From: Rhynchopus sp. YZ270_cl-10
Lineage: Eukaryota
Length of the DNA: 64,000 nt
Reading direction: 5' to 3'
NCBI GenBank assembly: GCA_964035575.1
Contig: OZ037834.1
Span: 1,550,001-1,614,000 of the forward strand
Part shown: piece by piece, positions 29,401 to 43,960 of the stretch
Numbering within the stretch: the stretch's first letter is position 1
Layout: each line of letters starts with the position of its first letter
Translations under genes and position numbers: made by a program
The notes under the pieces: generated by a model
Seen by the model: only the letters and a program-made list of their open reading frames with translations
Database searches by the model: none
What the model was told of the DNA's origin: nothing

Positions 29401-32400
29401 CGCATCCGTTCTAAAGCATCCGTTCTAACGCATCCGTTCTAACGCATCCGTTCCAACGCATCCGTTCTAACGCATCCGTTCTAACGCATCCGTTCTAACG
29501 CATCCGTTCTAACGCATCCGTTCCAACGCATCCGTTCTCACGCATCCGTTCTAACGCGTACGTTCTAACGCATCCGTTCTCACGCATCCGTTCTAACGCA
29601 GCCGTTCTAACGCGTACGTTCTAACGCATCCGTTCTCACGCATCCGTTCTAACGCAGCCGTTCTAACGCGTACGTTCTAACGCATCCGTTCTAACGCATC
29701 CGTTCTAACGCAGCCGTTCCAACGCATCCGTTCTAACGCATCCGTTCTAACGCGTCCGTTGTAACGCATCCGTTCTAACGCATCCGTTCTAACGCGTACG
29801 TTCTAACGCATCCGTTCCAACGCGTCCCTTCTCACGCATCCGTTCTAAAGCATCCGTTCTAACGCATCCGTTCTAACGCATCCGTTCTAACGCATCCGTT
29901 CTAACGCGTCCGTTGTAACGCATCCGTTCTAACGCATCCGTTCTAACGCGTACGTTCTAACGCATCCGTTCTCACGCATCCGTTCTAACGCATCCGTTCT
30001 AACGCATCCGTTCTAACGCGTACGTTCTAACGCATCCGTTCTAACGCATCCGTTCTAACGCAGCCGTTCTAACGCGTACGTTCTCACGCATCCGTTCTAA
30101 CGCATCCGTTGTAACGCATCCGTTCTAACGCATCCGTTCTAACGCATCCGTTCTAACGCATCCGTTCTAACGCATCCGTTCCAACGCGTCCCTTCTCACG
30201 CATCCGTTCTCACGCATCCGTTCTAACGCATCCGTTCTAACGCATCCGTTCTAACGCATCCGTTCTAACGCATCCGTTCTAACGCGTCCCTTCTCACGCA
30301 TCCGTTCTAACGCATCCGTTCTAACGCGTACGTTCTCACGCATCCGTTCTAACGCATCCGTTCTAACGCGTCCCTTCTCACGCATCCGTTCTCACGCATC
30401 CGTTCTAACGCATCCGTTCTAACGCATCCGTTCTAACGCATCCGTTCTAACGCATCCGTTCTAACGCATCCGTTCTAACGCATCCGTTCCAACGCGTCCC
30501 TTCTCACGCATCCGTTCTCACGCATCCGTTCTAACGCATCCGTTCTAACGCATCCGTTCTAACGCGTCCCTTCTCACGCATCCGTTCTCACGCATCCGTT
30601 CTAACGCATCCGTTCTAACGCATCCGTTCTAACGCATCCGTTCTAACGCATCCGTTCCAACGCGTCCCTTCTCACGCATCCGTTCTAACGCATCCGTTCT
30701 AACGCGTACGTTCTCACGCATCCGTTCCAACGCATCCGTTCTAACGCGTCCGTTCTAACGCATACGTTCTAACGCATCCGTTCTCACGCATCCGTTCTAA
30801 CGCATCCGTTCTAACGCATCCGTTCTAACGCATACGTTCTAACGCATCCGTTCTCACGCATCCGTTCTAACGCGTACGTTCTCACGCATCCGTTCTAACG
30901 CATCCGTTGTAACGCATCCGTTCCAACGCGTCCGTTCTAACGCATCCGTTCTAACGCATCCGTTCTAACGCATACGTTCTAACGCATCCGTTCTCACGCA
31001 TCCGTTCTAACGCATCCTTTCTAACGCATCCGTTCTAACGCGTACGTTCTCACGCATCCGTTCTAACGCATCCGTTCTAACGCATACGTTCCAACGCGTC
31101 CCTTCTCACGCATCCGTTCTCACGCATCCGTTCTAACGCATCCGTTCTAACGCATCCGTTCTAACGCATCCGTTCCAACGCGTCCCTTCTCACGCATCCG
31201 TTCTAACGCATCCGTTCTAACGCGTACGTTCTCACGCATCCGTTCTATCGCGTACGTTCTCACGCATCCGTTCCAACGCATCCGTTCTAACGCATCCGTT
31301 CTAACGCGTCCGTTCTAACGCATCCGTTCTATCGCGTACGTTCTAACGCATCCGTTCTAACGCATCCGTTCCAACGCATCCGTTCTAACGCGTCCGTTCC
31401 AACGCATCCGTTCTAACGCATCCGTTCTCACGCATCCGTTCTCACGCATCCGTTCTAACGCATCCGTTCTAACGCGTACGTTCTAACGCATCCGTTCTCA
31501 CGCATCCGTTCTAACGCATCCGTTCTAACGCATCCGTTCTAACGCAGCCGTTCTATCGCGTACGTTCTAACGCATCCGTTCTAACGCATCCGTTCTAACG
31601 CGTACGTTCTAACGCAGCCGTTCTAACGCATCCGTTCTAAAGCATCCGTTCTAACGCATCCGTTCTATCGCGTACGTTCTAACGCATCCGTTCTAACGCG
31701 TACGTTCTCAAGCATCCGTTCTAACGCATCCGTTCTAACGCATCCGTTCCAACGCGTCCCTTCTCACGCATCCGTTCTCACGCATCCGTTCTAACGCATC
31801 CGTTCTAACGCATCCGTTCTAACGCATCCGTTCTAACGCATCCGTTCCAACGCGTCCCTTCTCACGCATCCGTTCTAACGCATCCGTTCTAACGCGTACG
31901 TTCTCACGCATCCGTTCCAACGCATCCGTTCTAACGCGTCCGTTCTAACGCATACGTTCTAACGCATCCGTTCTCACGCATCCGTTCTAACGCATCCGTT
32001 CTAACGCATCCGTTCTAACGCATACGTTCTAACGCATCCGTTCTCACGCATCCGTTCTAACGCGTACGTTCTCACGCATCCGTTCTAACGCATCCGTTGT
32101 AACGCATCCGTTCCAACGCGTCCGTTCTAACGCATCCGTTCTAACGCATCCGTTCTAACGCATCCGTTCTAACGCATCCGTTCTATCGCGTACGTTCTAA
32201 CGCATCCGTTCTAACGCATCCGTTCTAACGCGTACGTTCTCACGCATCCGTTCTAACGCATCCGTTCTAACGCATACGTTCCAACGCGTCCCTTCTCACG
32301 CATCCGTTCTCACGCATCCGTTCTAACGCATCCGTTCTAACGCATCCGTTCTAACGCATCCGTTCCAACGCGTCCCTTCTCACGCATCCGTTCTAACGCA

Positions 32401-35400
32401 TCCGTTCTAACGCGTACGTTCTCACGCATCCGTTCCAACGCATCCGTTCTAACGCGTCCGTTCTAACGCATCCGTTCTAACGCATCCGTTCTAACGCATC
32501 CGTTCTAACGCGTCCGTTCTAACGCATCCGTTCTAACGCATCCGTTCTAACGCATCAGTTCTAACGCATCCGTTCTCACGCATCCGTTCCAACGCATCCG
32601 TTCTAACGCGTACGTTCTCACGCATCCGTTCCAACGCATCCGTTCTAACGCGTCCGTTCTAACGCATCCGTTCTAACGCATCCGTTCTAACGCATCCGTT
32701 CTCACGCATCCGTTCTAACGCGTACGTTCTCACGCATCCGTTCTAACGCATCCGTTGTAACGCATCCGTTCCAACGCGTCCGTTCTAACGCATCCGTTCT
32801 AACGCGTACGTTCTAACGCATCCGTTCTAACGCATCTGTTCTAACGCATCCGTTCTAACGAGTACGTTCTCACGCATCCGTTCTAACGCATCCGTTCTTA
32901 CGCATCCGTTCTAACGCATCCGTTCTAAAGCATCCGTTCTCACGCATCCGTTCCAACGCGTACGTTCTCACGCATCCGTTCTAACGCATCCGTTCCAACG
33001 CGTCCCTTCTCACGCATCCGTTCTAAAGCATCCGTTCTAACGCATCCGTTCTAACGCATCCGTTCTAACGCATCCGTTCTATCGCGTACGTTCTAACGAG
33101 TACGTTCTCACGCATCCGTTCTAACGCGTATGTTCTCACGCATCCGTTCTAACGCATCCGTTCCAACGCATCCGTTCTAACGCATCCGTTCTAACGCATC
33201 CGTTCTAACGCATCCGTTCTAACGCATCCGTTCTAACGCATCCGTTCTAACGCATCCGTTCTAACGCATCCGTTCTCACGCATCCGTTCTAACGCATCCG
33301 TTCCAACGCATCCGTTCTAACGCATCCGTTCTAACGCATCCGTTCTAACGCATACGTTCTAACGCATCCGTTCCAACGCATCCGTTCTAACGCATCCGTT
33401 CTAACGCATCCGTTCTCACGCATCCGTTCCAACGCGTCCCTTCTCACGCATCCGTTCTAAAGCATCCGTTCTAACGCATCCGTTCTAACGCATCCGTTCT
33501 AACGCATCCGTTCTAACGCATCCGTTCCAACGCATCCGTTCTATCGCGTACGTTCTAACGCATCCGTTCTAACGCGTACGTTCTAACGCATCCGTTCCAA
33601 CGCATCCGTTCTATCGCGTATGTTCTAACGCATCCGTTCTAACGCGTATGTTCTAACGCATCCGTTCTAACGAGTATGTTCTAACGCATCCGTTCTATCG
33701 CGTACGTTCTCACGCATCCGTTCTAACGCATCCGTTCTAACGCGTATGTTCTAACGCATCCGTTCTAACGAGTATGTTCTAACGCATCCGTTCTATCGCG
33801 TACGTTCTCACGCATCCGTTCTAACGCGTACGTTCTCACGCATCCGTCCCAACGCATCCGTTCTCACGCATCCGTTCTAACGCATCCGTTCTATCGCGTA
33901 CGTTCTAACGCGTACGTTCTCACGCATCCGTCCCAACGCATCCGTTCTCACGCATCCGTTCTAACGCATCCGTTCTATCGCGTACGTTCTAACGCATCCG
34001 TTCTAACGCGTACGTTCTCACGCATCCGTCCCAACGCATCCGTTCTCACGCATCCGTTCTAACGCATCCGTTCTATCGCGTACGTTCTAACGCATCCGTT
34101 CTAACGCGTACGTTCTAACGCATCCGTTCCAACGCATCCGTTCTATCGCGTATGTTCTAACGCATCCGTTCTAACGCGTACGTTCTAACGCATCCGTTCT
34201 AACGCGTACGTTCTCACGCATCCGTTCTAACGCGTATGTTCTAACGCATCCGTTCTAACGCGTACGTTCTAACGCATCCGTTCTCACGCATCCGTTCTAA
34301 CGCATCCGTTCTAACGCATCCGTTCTATCGCGTACGTTCTAACGCATCCGTTCTAACGCATCCGTTCTAACGCGTACGTTCTAACGCAGCCGTTCTAACG
34401 CATCCGTTCTCACGCATCCGTTCTAACGCGTATGTTCTAACGCATCCGTTCTAACGCGTACGTTCTCACGCATCCGTCCCAACGCATCCGTTCTCACGCA
34501 TCCGTTCTAACGCATCCGTTCTATCGCGTACGTTCTAACGCATCCGTTCTAACGCGTACGTTCTAACGCATCCGTTCCAACGCATCCGTTCTATCGCGTA
34601 TGTTCTAACGCATCCGTTCTAACGCGTACGTTCTAACGCATCCGTTCTAACGCATCCGTTCTATCGCGTACGTTCTAACGCAGCCGTTCTAACGCATCCG
34701 TTCTATCGCGTACGTTCTCACGCATCCGTTCTAACGCGTACGTTCTAACGCATCCGTTCTAACGCATCCGTTCTATCGCGTACGTTCTCACGCATCCGTT
34801 CTAACGCGTACGTTCTAACGCATCCGTTCTCACGCATCCGTTCTAACGCATCCGTTCTAACGCAGCCGTTCTATCGCGTACGTTCTAACGCATCCGTTCT
34901 AACGCATCCGTTCTAACGCGTACGTTCTAACGCAGCCGTTCTAACGCATCCGTTCTCACGCATCCGTTCTAACGCGTACGTTCTAACGCATCCGTTCTAA
35001 CGCATCCGTTCTATCGCGTACGTTCTCACGCATCCGTTCTAACGCATCCGTTCCAACGCATCCGTTCTAACGCATCCGTTCTAACGCGTCCGTTCTAACG
35101 CATCCGTTCTATCGCGTACGTTCTAACGCATCCGTTCTAACGCGTATGTTCTAACGCGTCCGTTCTAACGCGTACGTTCTAACGCATCCGTTCTAACGCA
35201 TCCGTTCTATCGCGTACGTTCTCACGCATCCGTTCTAACGCATCCGTTCCAACGCATCCGTTCTAACGCATCCGTTCTAACGCGTCCGTTCTAACGCATC
35301 CGTTCTATCGCGTACGTTCTAACGCATCCGTTCTAACGCATCCGTTCTAACGCGTACGTTCTAACGCAGCCGTTCTAACGCATCCGTTCTAAAGCATCCG

Positions 35401-38400
35401 TTCTAACGCATCCGTTCTATCGCGTACGTTCTAACGCATCCGTTCCAACGCATCCGTTCTAACGCATCCGTTCTCACGCATCCGTTCTAACGCATCCGTT
35501 CTCACGCATCCGTTCTAACGCATCCGTTCTCACGCATCCGTTCTCACGCATCCGTTCTCACGCATCCGTTCTAACGCATCCGTTCTAACGCGTACGTTCT
35601 AACGCATCCGTTCCAACGCATCCGTTCTAACGCATCCGTTCTAACGCATCCGTTCTAACGCATCCGTTCTAACGCATCCGTTCCAACGCATCCGTTCTCA
35701 CGCATCCGTTCTAACGCGTACGTTCTAACGCATCCGTTCTCACGCATCCGTTCTAACGCAGCCGTTCTAACGCGTACGTTCTAACGCATCCGTTCTCACG
35801 CATCCGTTCTAACGCAGCCGTTCTAACGCGTACGTTCTAACGCATCCGTTCTAACGCATCCGTTCTAACGCAGCCGTTCCAACGCATCCGTTCTAACGCA
35901 TCCGTTCTAACGCGTCCGTTGTAACGCATCCGTTCTAACGCATCCGTTCTAACGCGTACGTTCTAACGCATCCGTTCCAACGCGTCCCTTCTCACGCATC
36001 CGTTCTAAAGCATCCGTTCTAACGCATCCGTTCTAACGCATCCGTTCTAACGCATCCGTTCTAACGCGTCCGTTGTAACGCATCCGTTCTAACGCATCCG
36101 TTCTAACGCGTACGTTCTAACGCATCCGTTCTCACGCGTACGTTCTAACGCATCCGTTCTAACGCATCCGTTCTAACGCGTACGTTCTAACGCATCCGTT
36201 CTAACGCATCCGTTCTAACGCAGCCGTTCTAACGCGTACGTTCTCACGCATCCGTTCTAACGCATCCGTTGTAACGCATCCGTTCTAACGCATCCGTTCT
36301 AACGCATCCGTTCTAACGCATCCGTTCTAACGCATCCGTTCCAACGCGTCCCTTCTCACGCATCCGTTCTCACGCATCCGTTCTAACGCATCCGTTCTAA
36401 CGCATCCGTTCTAACGCATCCGTTCTAACGCATCCGTTCTAACGCGTCCCTTCTCACGCATCCGTTCTAACGCATCCGTTCTAACGCGTACGTTCTCACG
36501 CATCCGTTCTAACGCATCCGTTCTAACGCGTCCCTTCTCACGCATCCGTTCTCACGCATCCGTTCTAACGCATCCGTTCTAACGCATCCGTTCTAACGCA
36601 TCCGTTCTAACGCATCCGTTCTAACGCATCCGTTCTAACGCATCCGTTCCAACGCGTCCCTTCTCACGCATCCGTTCTCACGCATCCGTTCTAACGCATC
36701 CGTTCTAACGCATCCGTTCTAACGCGTCCCTTCTCACGCATCCGTTCTCACGCATCCGTTCTAACGCATCCGTTCTAACGCATCCGTTCTAACGCATCCG
36801 TTCTAACGCATCCGTTCCAACGCGTCCCTTCTCACGCATCCGTTCTAACGCATCCGTTCTAACGCGTACGTTCTCACGCATCCGTTCCAACGCATCCGTT
36901 CTAACGCGTCCGTTCTAACGCATACGTTCTAACGCATCCGTTCTCACGCATCCGTTCTAACGCATCCGTTCTAACGCGTACGTTCTCACGCATCCGTTCC
37001 AACGCATCCGTTCTAACGCATACGTTCTAACGCATCCGTTCTCACGCATCCGTTCTAACGCGTACGTTCTCACGCATCCGTTCTAACGCATCCGTTGTAA
37101 CGCATCCGTTCCAACGCGTCCGTTCTAACGCATCCGTTCTAACGCATCCGTTCTAACGCATCCGTTCTAACGCATCCGTTCTATCGCGTACGTTCTAACG
37201 CATCCGTTCTAACGCATCCGTTCTAACGCGTACGTTCTCACGCATCCGTTCTAACGCATCCGTTCTAACGCATACGTTCCAACGCGTCCCTTCTCACGCA
37301 TCCGTTCTCACGCATCCGTTCTAACGCATCCGTTCTAACGCATCCGTTCTAACGCATCCGTTCCAACGCGTCCCTTCTCACGCATCCGTTCTAACGCATC
37401 CGTTCTAACGCGTACGTTCTCACGCATCCGTTCCAACGCATCCGTTCTAACGCGTCCGTTCTAACGCATCCGTTCTAACGCATCCGTTCTAACGCATCCG
37501 TTCTAACGCGTCCGTTCTAACGCATCCGTTCTAACGCATCCGTTCTAACGCATCCGTTCTCACGCATCCGTTCCAACGCATCCGTTCTAACGCGTACGTT
37601 CTCACGCATCCGTTCCAACGCATCCGTTCTAACGCGTCCGTTCTAACGCATCCGTTCTAACGCATCCGTTCTAACGCATCCGTTCTCACGCATCCGTTCT
37701 AACGCGTACGTTCTCACGCATCCGTTCTAACGCATCCGTTGTAACGCATCCGTTCCAACGCGTCCGTTCTAACGCATCCGTTCTAACGCGTACGTTCTAA
37801 CGCATCCGTTCTAACGCATCTGTTCTAACGCATCCGTTCTAACGAGTACGTTCTCACGCATCCGTTCTAACGCATCCGTTCTTACGCATCCGTTCTAACG
37901 CATCCGTTCTAAAGCATCCGTTCTCACGCATCCGTTCCAACGCGTACGTTCTCACGCATCCGTTCTAACGCATCCGTTCCAACGCGTCCCTTCTCACGCA
38001 TCCGTTCTAAAGCATCCGTTCTAACGCATCCGTTCTAACGCATCCGTTCTAACGCATCCGTTCTATCGCGTACGTTCTAACGAGTACGTTCTCACGCATC
38101 CGTTCTAACGCGTATGTTCTCACGCATCCGTTCTAACGCATCCGTTCCAACGCATCCGTTCTAACGCATCCGTTCTAACGCATCCGTTCTAACGCATCCG
38201 TTCTAACGCATCCGTTCTAACGCATCCGTTCTAACGCATCCGTTCTAACGCATCCGTTCTAACGCATCCGTTCTCACGCATCCGTTCTAACGCATCCGTT
38301 CCAACGCATCCGTTCTAACGCATCCGTTCTAACGCATCCGTTCTAACGCATACGTTCTAACGCATCCGTTCCAACGCATCCGTTCTAACGCATCCGTTCT

Positions 38401-41400
38401 AACGCATCCGTTCTCACGCATCCGTTCCAACGCGTCCCTTCTCACGCATCCGTTCTAAAGCATCCGTTCTAACGCATCCGTTCTAACGCATCCGTTCTAA
38501 CGCATCCGTTCTAACGCATCCGTTCCAACGCATCCGTTCTATCGCGTACGTTCTAACGCATCCGTTCTAACGCGTACGTTCTAACGCATCCGTTCCAACG
38601 CATCCGTTCTATCGCGTATGTTCTAACGCATCCGTTCTAACGCGTATGTTCTAACGCATCCGTTCTAACGAGTATGTTCTAACGCATCCGTTCTATCGCG
38701 TACGTTCTCACGCATCCGTTCTAACGCATCCGTTCTAACGCGTATGTTCTAACGCATCCGTTCTAACGAGTATGTTCTAACGCATCCGTTCTATCGCGTA
38801 CGTTCTCACGCATCCGTTCTAACGCGTACGTTCTCACGCATCCGTCCCAACGCATCCGTTCTCACGCATCCGTTCTAACGCATCCGTTCTATCGCGTACG
38901 TTCTAACGCGTACGTTCTCACGCATCCGTCCCAACGCATCCGTTCTCACGCATCCGTTCTAACGCATCCGTTCTATCGCGTACGTTCTAACGCATCCGTT
39001 CTAACGCGTACGTTCTCACGCATCCGTCCCAACGCATCCGTTCTCACGCATCCGTTCTAACGCATCCGTTCTATCGCGTACGTTCTAACGCATCCGTTCT
39101 AACGCGTACGTTCTAACGCATCCGTTCCAACGCATCCGTTCTATCGCGTATGTTCTAACGCATCCGTTCTAACGCGTACGTTCTAACGCATCCGTTCTAA
39201 CGCGTACGTTCTCACGCATCCGTTCTAACGCGTATGTTCTAACGCATCCGTTCTAACGCGTACGTTCTAACGCATCCGTTCTCACGCATCCGTTCTAACG
39301 CATCCGTTCTAACGCATCCGTTCTATCGCGTACGTTCTAACGCATCCGTTCTAACGCATCCGTTCTAACGCGTACGTTCTAACGCAGCCGTTCTAACGCA
39401 TCCGTTCTCACGCATCCGTTCTAACGCGTATGTTCTAACGCATCCGTTCTAACGCGTACGTTCTCACGCATCCGTCCCAACGCATCCGTTCTCACGCATC
39501 CGTTCTAACGCATCCGTTCTATCGCGTACGTTCTAACGCATCCGTTCTAACGCGTACGTTCTAACGCATCCGTTCCAACGCATCCGTTCTATCGCGTATG
39601 TTCTAACGCATCCGTTCTAACGCGTACGTTCTAACGCATCCGTTCTAACGCATCCGTTCTATCGCGTACGTTCTAACGCAGCCGTTCTAACGCATCCGTT
39701 CTATCGCGTACGTTCTCACGCATCCGTTCTAACGCGTACGTTCTAACGCATCCGTTCTAACGCATCCGTTCTATCGCGTACGTTCTCACGCATCCGTTCT
39801 AACGCGTACGTTCTAACGCATCCGTTCTCACGCATCCGTTCTAACGCATCCGTTCTAACGCAGCCGTTCTATCGCGTACGTTCTAACGCATCCGTTCTAA
39901 CGCATCCGTTCTAACGCGTACGTTCTAACGCAGCCGTTCTAACGCATCCGTTCTCACGCATCCGTTCTAACGCGTACGTTCTAACGCATCCGTTCTAACG
40001 CATCCGTTCTATCGCGTACGTTCTCACGCATCCGTTCTAACGCGTATGTTCTAACGCGTCCGTTCTAACGCGTACGTTCTAACGCATCCGTTCTAACGCA
40101 TCCGTTCTATCGCGTACGTTCTCACGCATCCGTTCTAACGCATCCGTTCCAACGCATCCGTTCTAACGCATCCGTTCTAACGCGTCCGTTCTAACGCATC
40201 CGTTCTATCGCGTACGTTCTAACGCATCCGTTCTAACGCATCCGTTCTAACGCGTACGTTCTAACGCAGCCGTTCTAACGCATCCGTTCTAAAGCATCCG
40301 TTCTAACGCATCCGTTCTATCGCGTACGTTCTAACGCATCCGTTCCAACGCATCCGTTCTAACGCATCCGTTCTCACGCATCCGTTCTAACGCATCCGTT
40401 CTCACGCATCCGTTCTAACGCATCCGTTCTCACGCATCCGTTCTCACGCATCCGTTCTCACGCATCCGTTCTAACGCATCCGTTCTAACGCGTACGTTCT
40501 AACGCATCCGTTCTCACGCATCCGTTCTAACGCATCCGTTCTAACGCATCCGTTCTAACGCAGCCGTTCTATCGCGTACGTTCTAACGCATCCGTTCTAA
40601 CGCATCCGTTCTAACGCGTACGTTCTAACGCAGCCGTTCTAACGCATCCGTTCTAAAGCATCCGTTCTAACGCATCCGTTCTATCGCGTACGTTCTAACG
40701 CATCCGTTCTAACGCGTACGTTCTCAAGCATCCGTTCTAACGCATCCGTTCTAACGCATCCGTTCCAACGCGTCCCTTCTCACGCATCCGTTCTCACGCA
40801 TCCGTTCTAACGCATCCGTTCTAACGCATCCGTTCTAACGCATCCGTTCTAACGCATCCGTTCCAACGCGTCCCTTCTCACGCATCCGTTCTAACGCATC
40901 CGTTCTAACGCGTACGTTCTCACGCATCCGTTCCAACGCATCCGTTCTAACGCGTCCGTTCTAACGCATCCGTTCTAACGCATACGTTCTAACGCATCCG
41001 TTCTCACGCATCCGTTCTAACGCGTACGTTCTCACGCATCCGTTCTAACGCATCCGTTCTAACGCGTACGTTCTAACGCATCCGTTCTAACGCATCCGTT
41101 CTAACGCGTACGTTCTCACGCATCCGTTCTAACGCATCCGTTCTAACGCATCCGTTCCAACGCGTCCCTTCTCACGCATCCGTTCTCACGCATCCGTTCC
41201 AACGCGTCCCTTCTCACGCATCCGTTCTAACGCATCCGTTCTAACGCGTACGTTCTCACGCATCCGTTCCAACGCATCCGTTCTAACGCGTCCGTTCTAA
41301 CGCATCCGTTCTAACGCATCCGTTCTAACGCATCCGTTCTAACGCGTCCGTTCTAACGCATCCGTTCTAACGCATCCGTTCTAACGCATCCGTTCTCACG

Positions 41401-43960
41401 CGTACGTTCTAACGCGTACGTTCTCACGCATCCGTTCTAACGCATCCGTTGTAACGCATCCGTTCCAACGCGTCCGTTCTAACGCATCCGTTCTAACGCG
41501 TACGTTCTAACGCATCCGTTCTCACGCATCCGTTCTAACGCGTACGTTCTCACGCATCCGTTCTAACGCATCCGTTGTAACGCATCCGTTCCAACGCGTC
41601 CGTTCTAACGCATCCGTTCTAACGCGTACGTTCTAACGCATCCGTTCTAACGCATCCGTTCTAACGCATCCGTTCTAACGCATCCGTTCTTACGCATCCG
41701 TTCTAACGCATCCGTTCTAACGCGTACGTTCTAACGCATCCGTTCTAACGCATCCGTTCTCACGCATCCGTTCCAACGCGTACGTTCTCACGCATCCGTT
41801 CTAACGCATCCGTTCCAACGTGTCCCTTCTCACGCATCCGTTCTAAAGCATCCGTTCTAACGCATCCGTTCTAACGCATCCGTTCTAACGCATCCGTTCT
41901 AACGCATCCGTTCTCACGCATCCGTTCTAACGCGTACGTTCTAACGCATCCGTTCTTACGCATCCGTTCTAACGCATCCGTTCTAAAGCATCCGTTCTCA
42001 CGCATCCGTTCTAACGCATCCGTTCTAACGCGTACGTTCTCACGCATCCGTTCCAACGCATCCGTTCTAACGCATCCGTTCTAACGCATACGTTCTCACG
42101 CATCCGTCCCAACGCATCCGTTCTCACGCATCCGTTCTAACGCATCCGTTCTATCGCGTACGTTCTCACGCGTACGTTCTCACGCATCCGTCCCAACGCA
42201 TCCGTTCTCACGCATCCGTTCTAACGCATCCGTTCTATCGCGTACGTTCTCACGCGTACGTTCTCACGCATCCGTTCTAACGCATCCGTTCTAACGCATC
42301 CGTTCTAACGCATCCGTTCTAACGCATCCGTTCTAACGCATCCGTTCCAACGCGTCCCTTCTCACGCATCCGTTCTAACGCATCCGTTCTAACGCGTCCG
42401 TTCTAACGCATCCGTTCTAACGCATCCGTTCTAACGCATCCGTTCTAACGCGTACGTTCTCACGCATCCGTTCCAACGCATCCGTTCTAACGCGTCCGTT
42501 CTAACGCATCCGTTCTAACGCATCCGTTCTAACGCATCCGTTCTAACGCGTCCGTTCTAACGCATCCGTTCTAACGCATCCGTTCTAACGCATCCGTTCT
42601 CACGCGTACGTTCTAACGCATCCGTTCTCACGCATCCGTTCTAACGCGTACGTTCTCACGCATCCGTTCTAACGCATCCGTTGTAACGCATCCGTTCCAA
42701 CGCGTCCGTTCTAACGCATCCGTTCTAACGCGTACGTTCTAACGCATCCGTTCTAACGCATCTGTTCTAACGCATCCGTTCTAACGCGTACGTTCTCACG
42801 CATCCGTTCTAACGCATCCGTTCTTACGCATCCGTTCTAACGCATCCGTTCTAAAGCATCCGTTCTCACGCATCCGTTCTAACGCATCCGTTCTAACGCG
42901 TACGTTCTCACGCATCCGTTCCAACGCATCCGTTCTAACGCGTCCGTTCTAACGCATCCGTTCTAACGCATCCGTTCTAACGCGTATGTTCTAACGCATC
43001 CGTTCTAACGCGTACGTTCCAACGCATCCGTTCTAACGCATCCGTTCTAACGCATCCGTTCTAACGCAGCCGTTCTAACGCGTACGTTCTAACGCATCCG
43101 TTCCAACGCATCCGTTCTATCGCGTACGTTCTATCGCGTACGTTCTAACGCATCCGTTCTAACGCATCCGTTCTAAAGCATCCGTTCTAACGCATCCGTT
43201 CTAACGCATCCGTTCCAACGCATCCGTTCTAACGCATCCGTTCTAACGCATCCGTTCTAACGCGTCCGTTGTAACGCATCCGTTCTAACGCATCCGTTCT
43301 AACGCATCCGTTCCAACGCATCCGTTCTCACGCATCCGTTCTAACGCGTACGTTCTAACGCATCCGTTCTCACGCATCCGTTCTAACGCAGCCGTTCTAA
43401 CGCGTACGTTCTAACGCATCCGTTCTCACGCATCCGTTCTAACGCAGCCGTTCTAACGCGTACGTTCTAACGCATCCGTTCTAACGCATCCGTTCTAACG
43501 CAGCCGTTCCAACGCATCCGTTCTAACGCGTCCGTTGTAACGCATCCGTTCTAACGCATCCGTTCTAACGCGTACGTTCTAACGCATCCGTTCCAACGCG
43601 TCCCTTCTCACGCATCCGTTCTAAAGCATCCGTTCTAACGCATCCGTTCTAACGCATCCGTTCTAACGCATCCGTTCTAACGCGTCCGTTGTAACGCATC
43701 CGTTCTAACGCATCCGTTCTAACGCGTACGTTCTAACGCATCCGTTCTCACGCATCCGTTCTAACGCATCCGTTCTAACGCAGCCGTTCTAACGCGTACG
43801 TTCTCACGCATCCGTTCTAACGCATCCGTTGTAACGCATCCGTTCTAACGCATCCGTTCTCACGCATCCGTTCTAACGCAGCCGTTCTAACGCGTACGTT
43901 CTAACGCATCCGTTCTAACGCATCCGTTCTAACGCAGCCGTTCTAACGCGTACGTTCTCA
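20441..43960. repeat. Higher-order repeat copy B (1,680 monomers)
   Basis: The same markers recur at 44721 and 44821 (offset 23,520). TGTCCCTTCT occurs at 18301 and 41821, and identical 61-aa pseudo-ORFs lie at 18351 and 41871. Confidence 0.9.
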
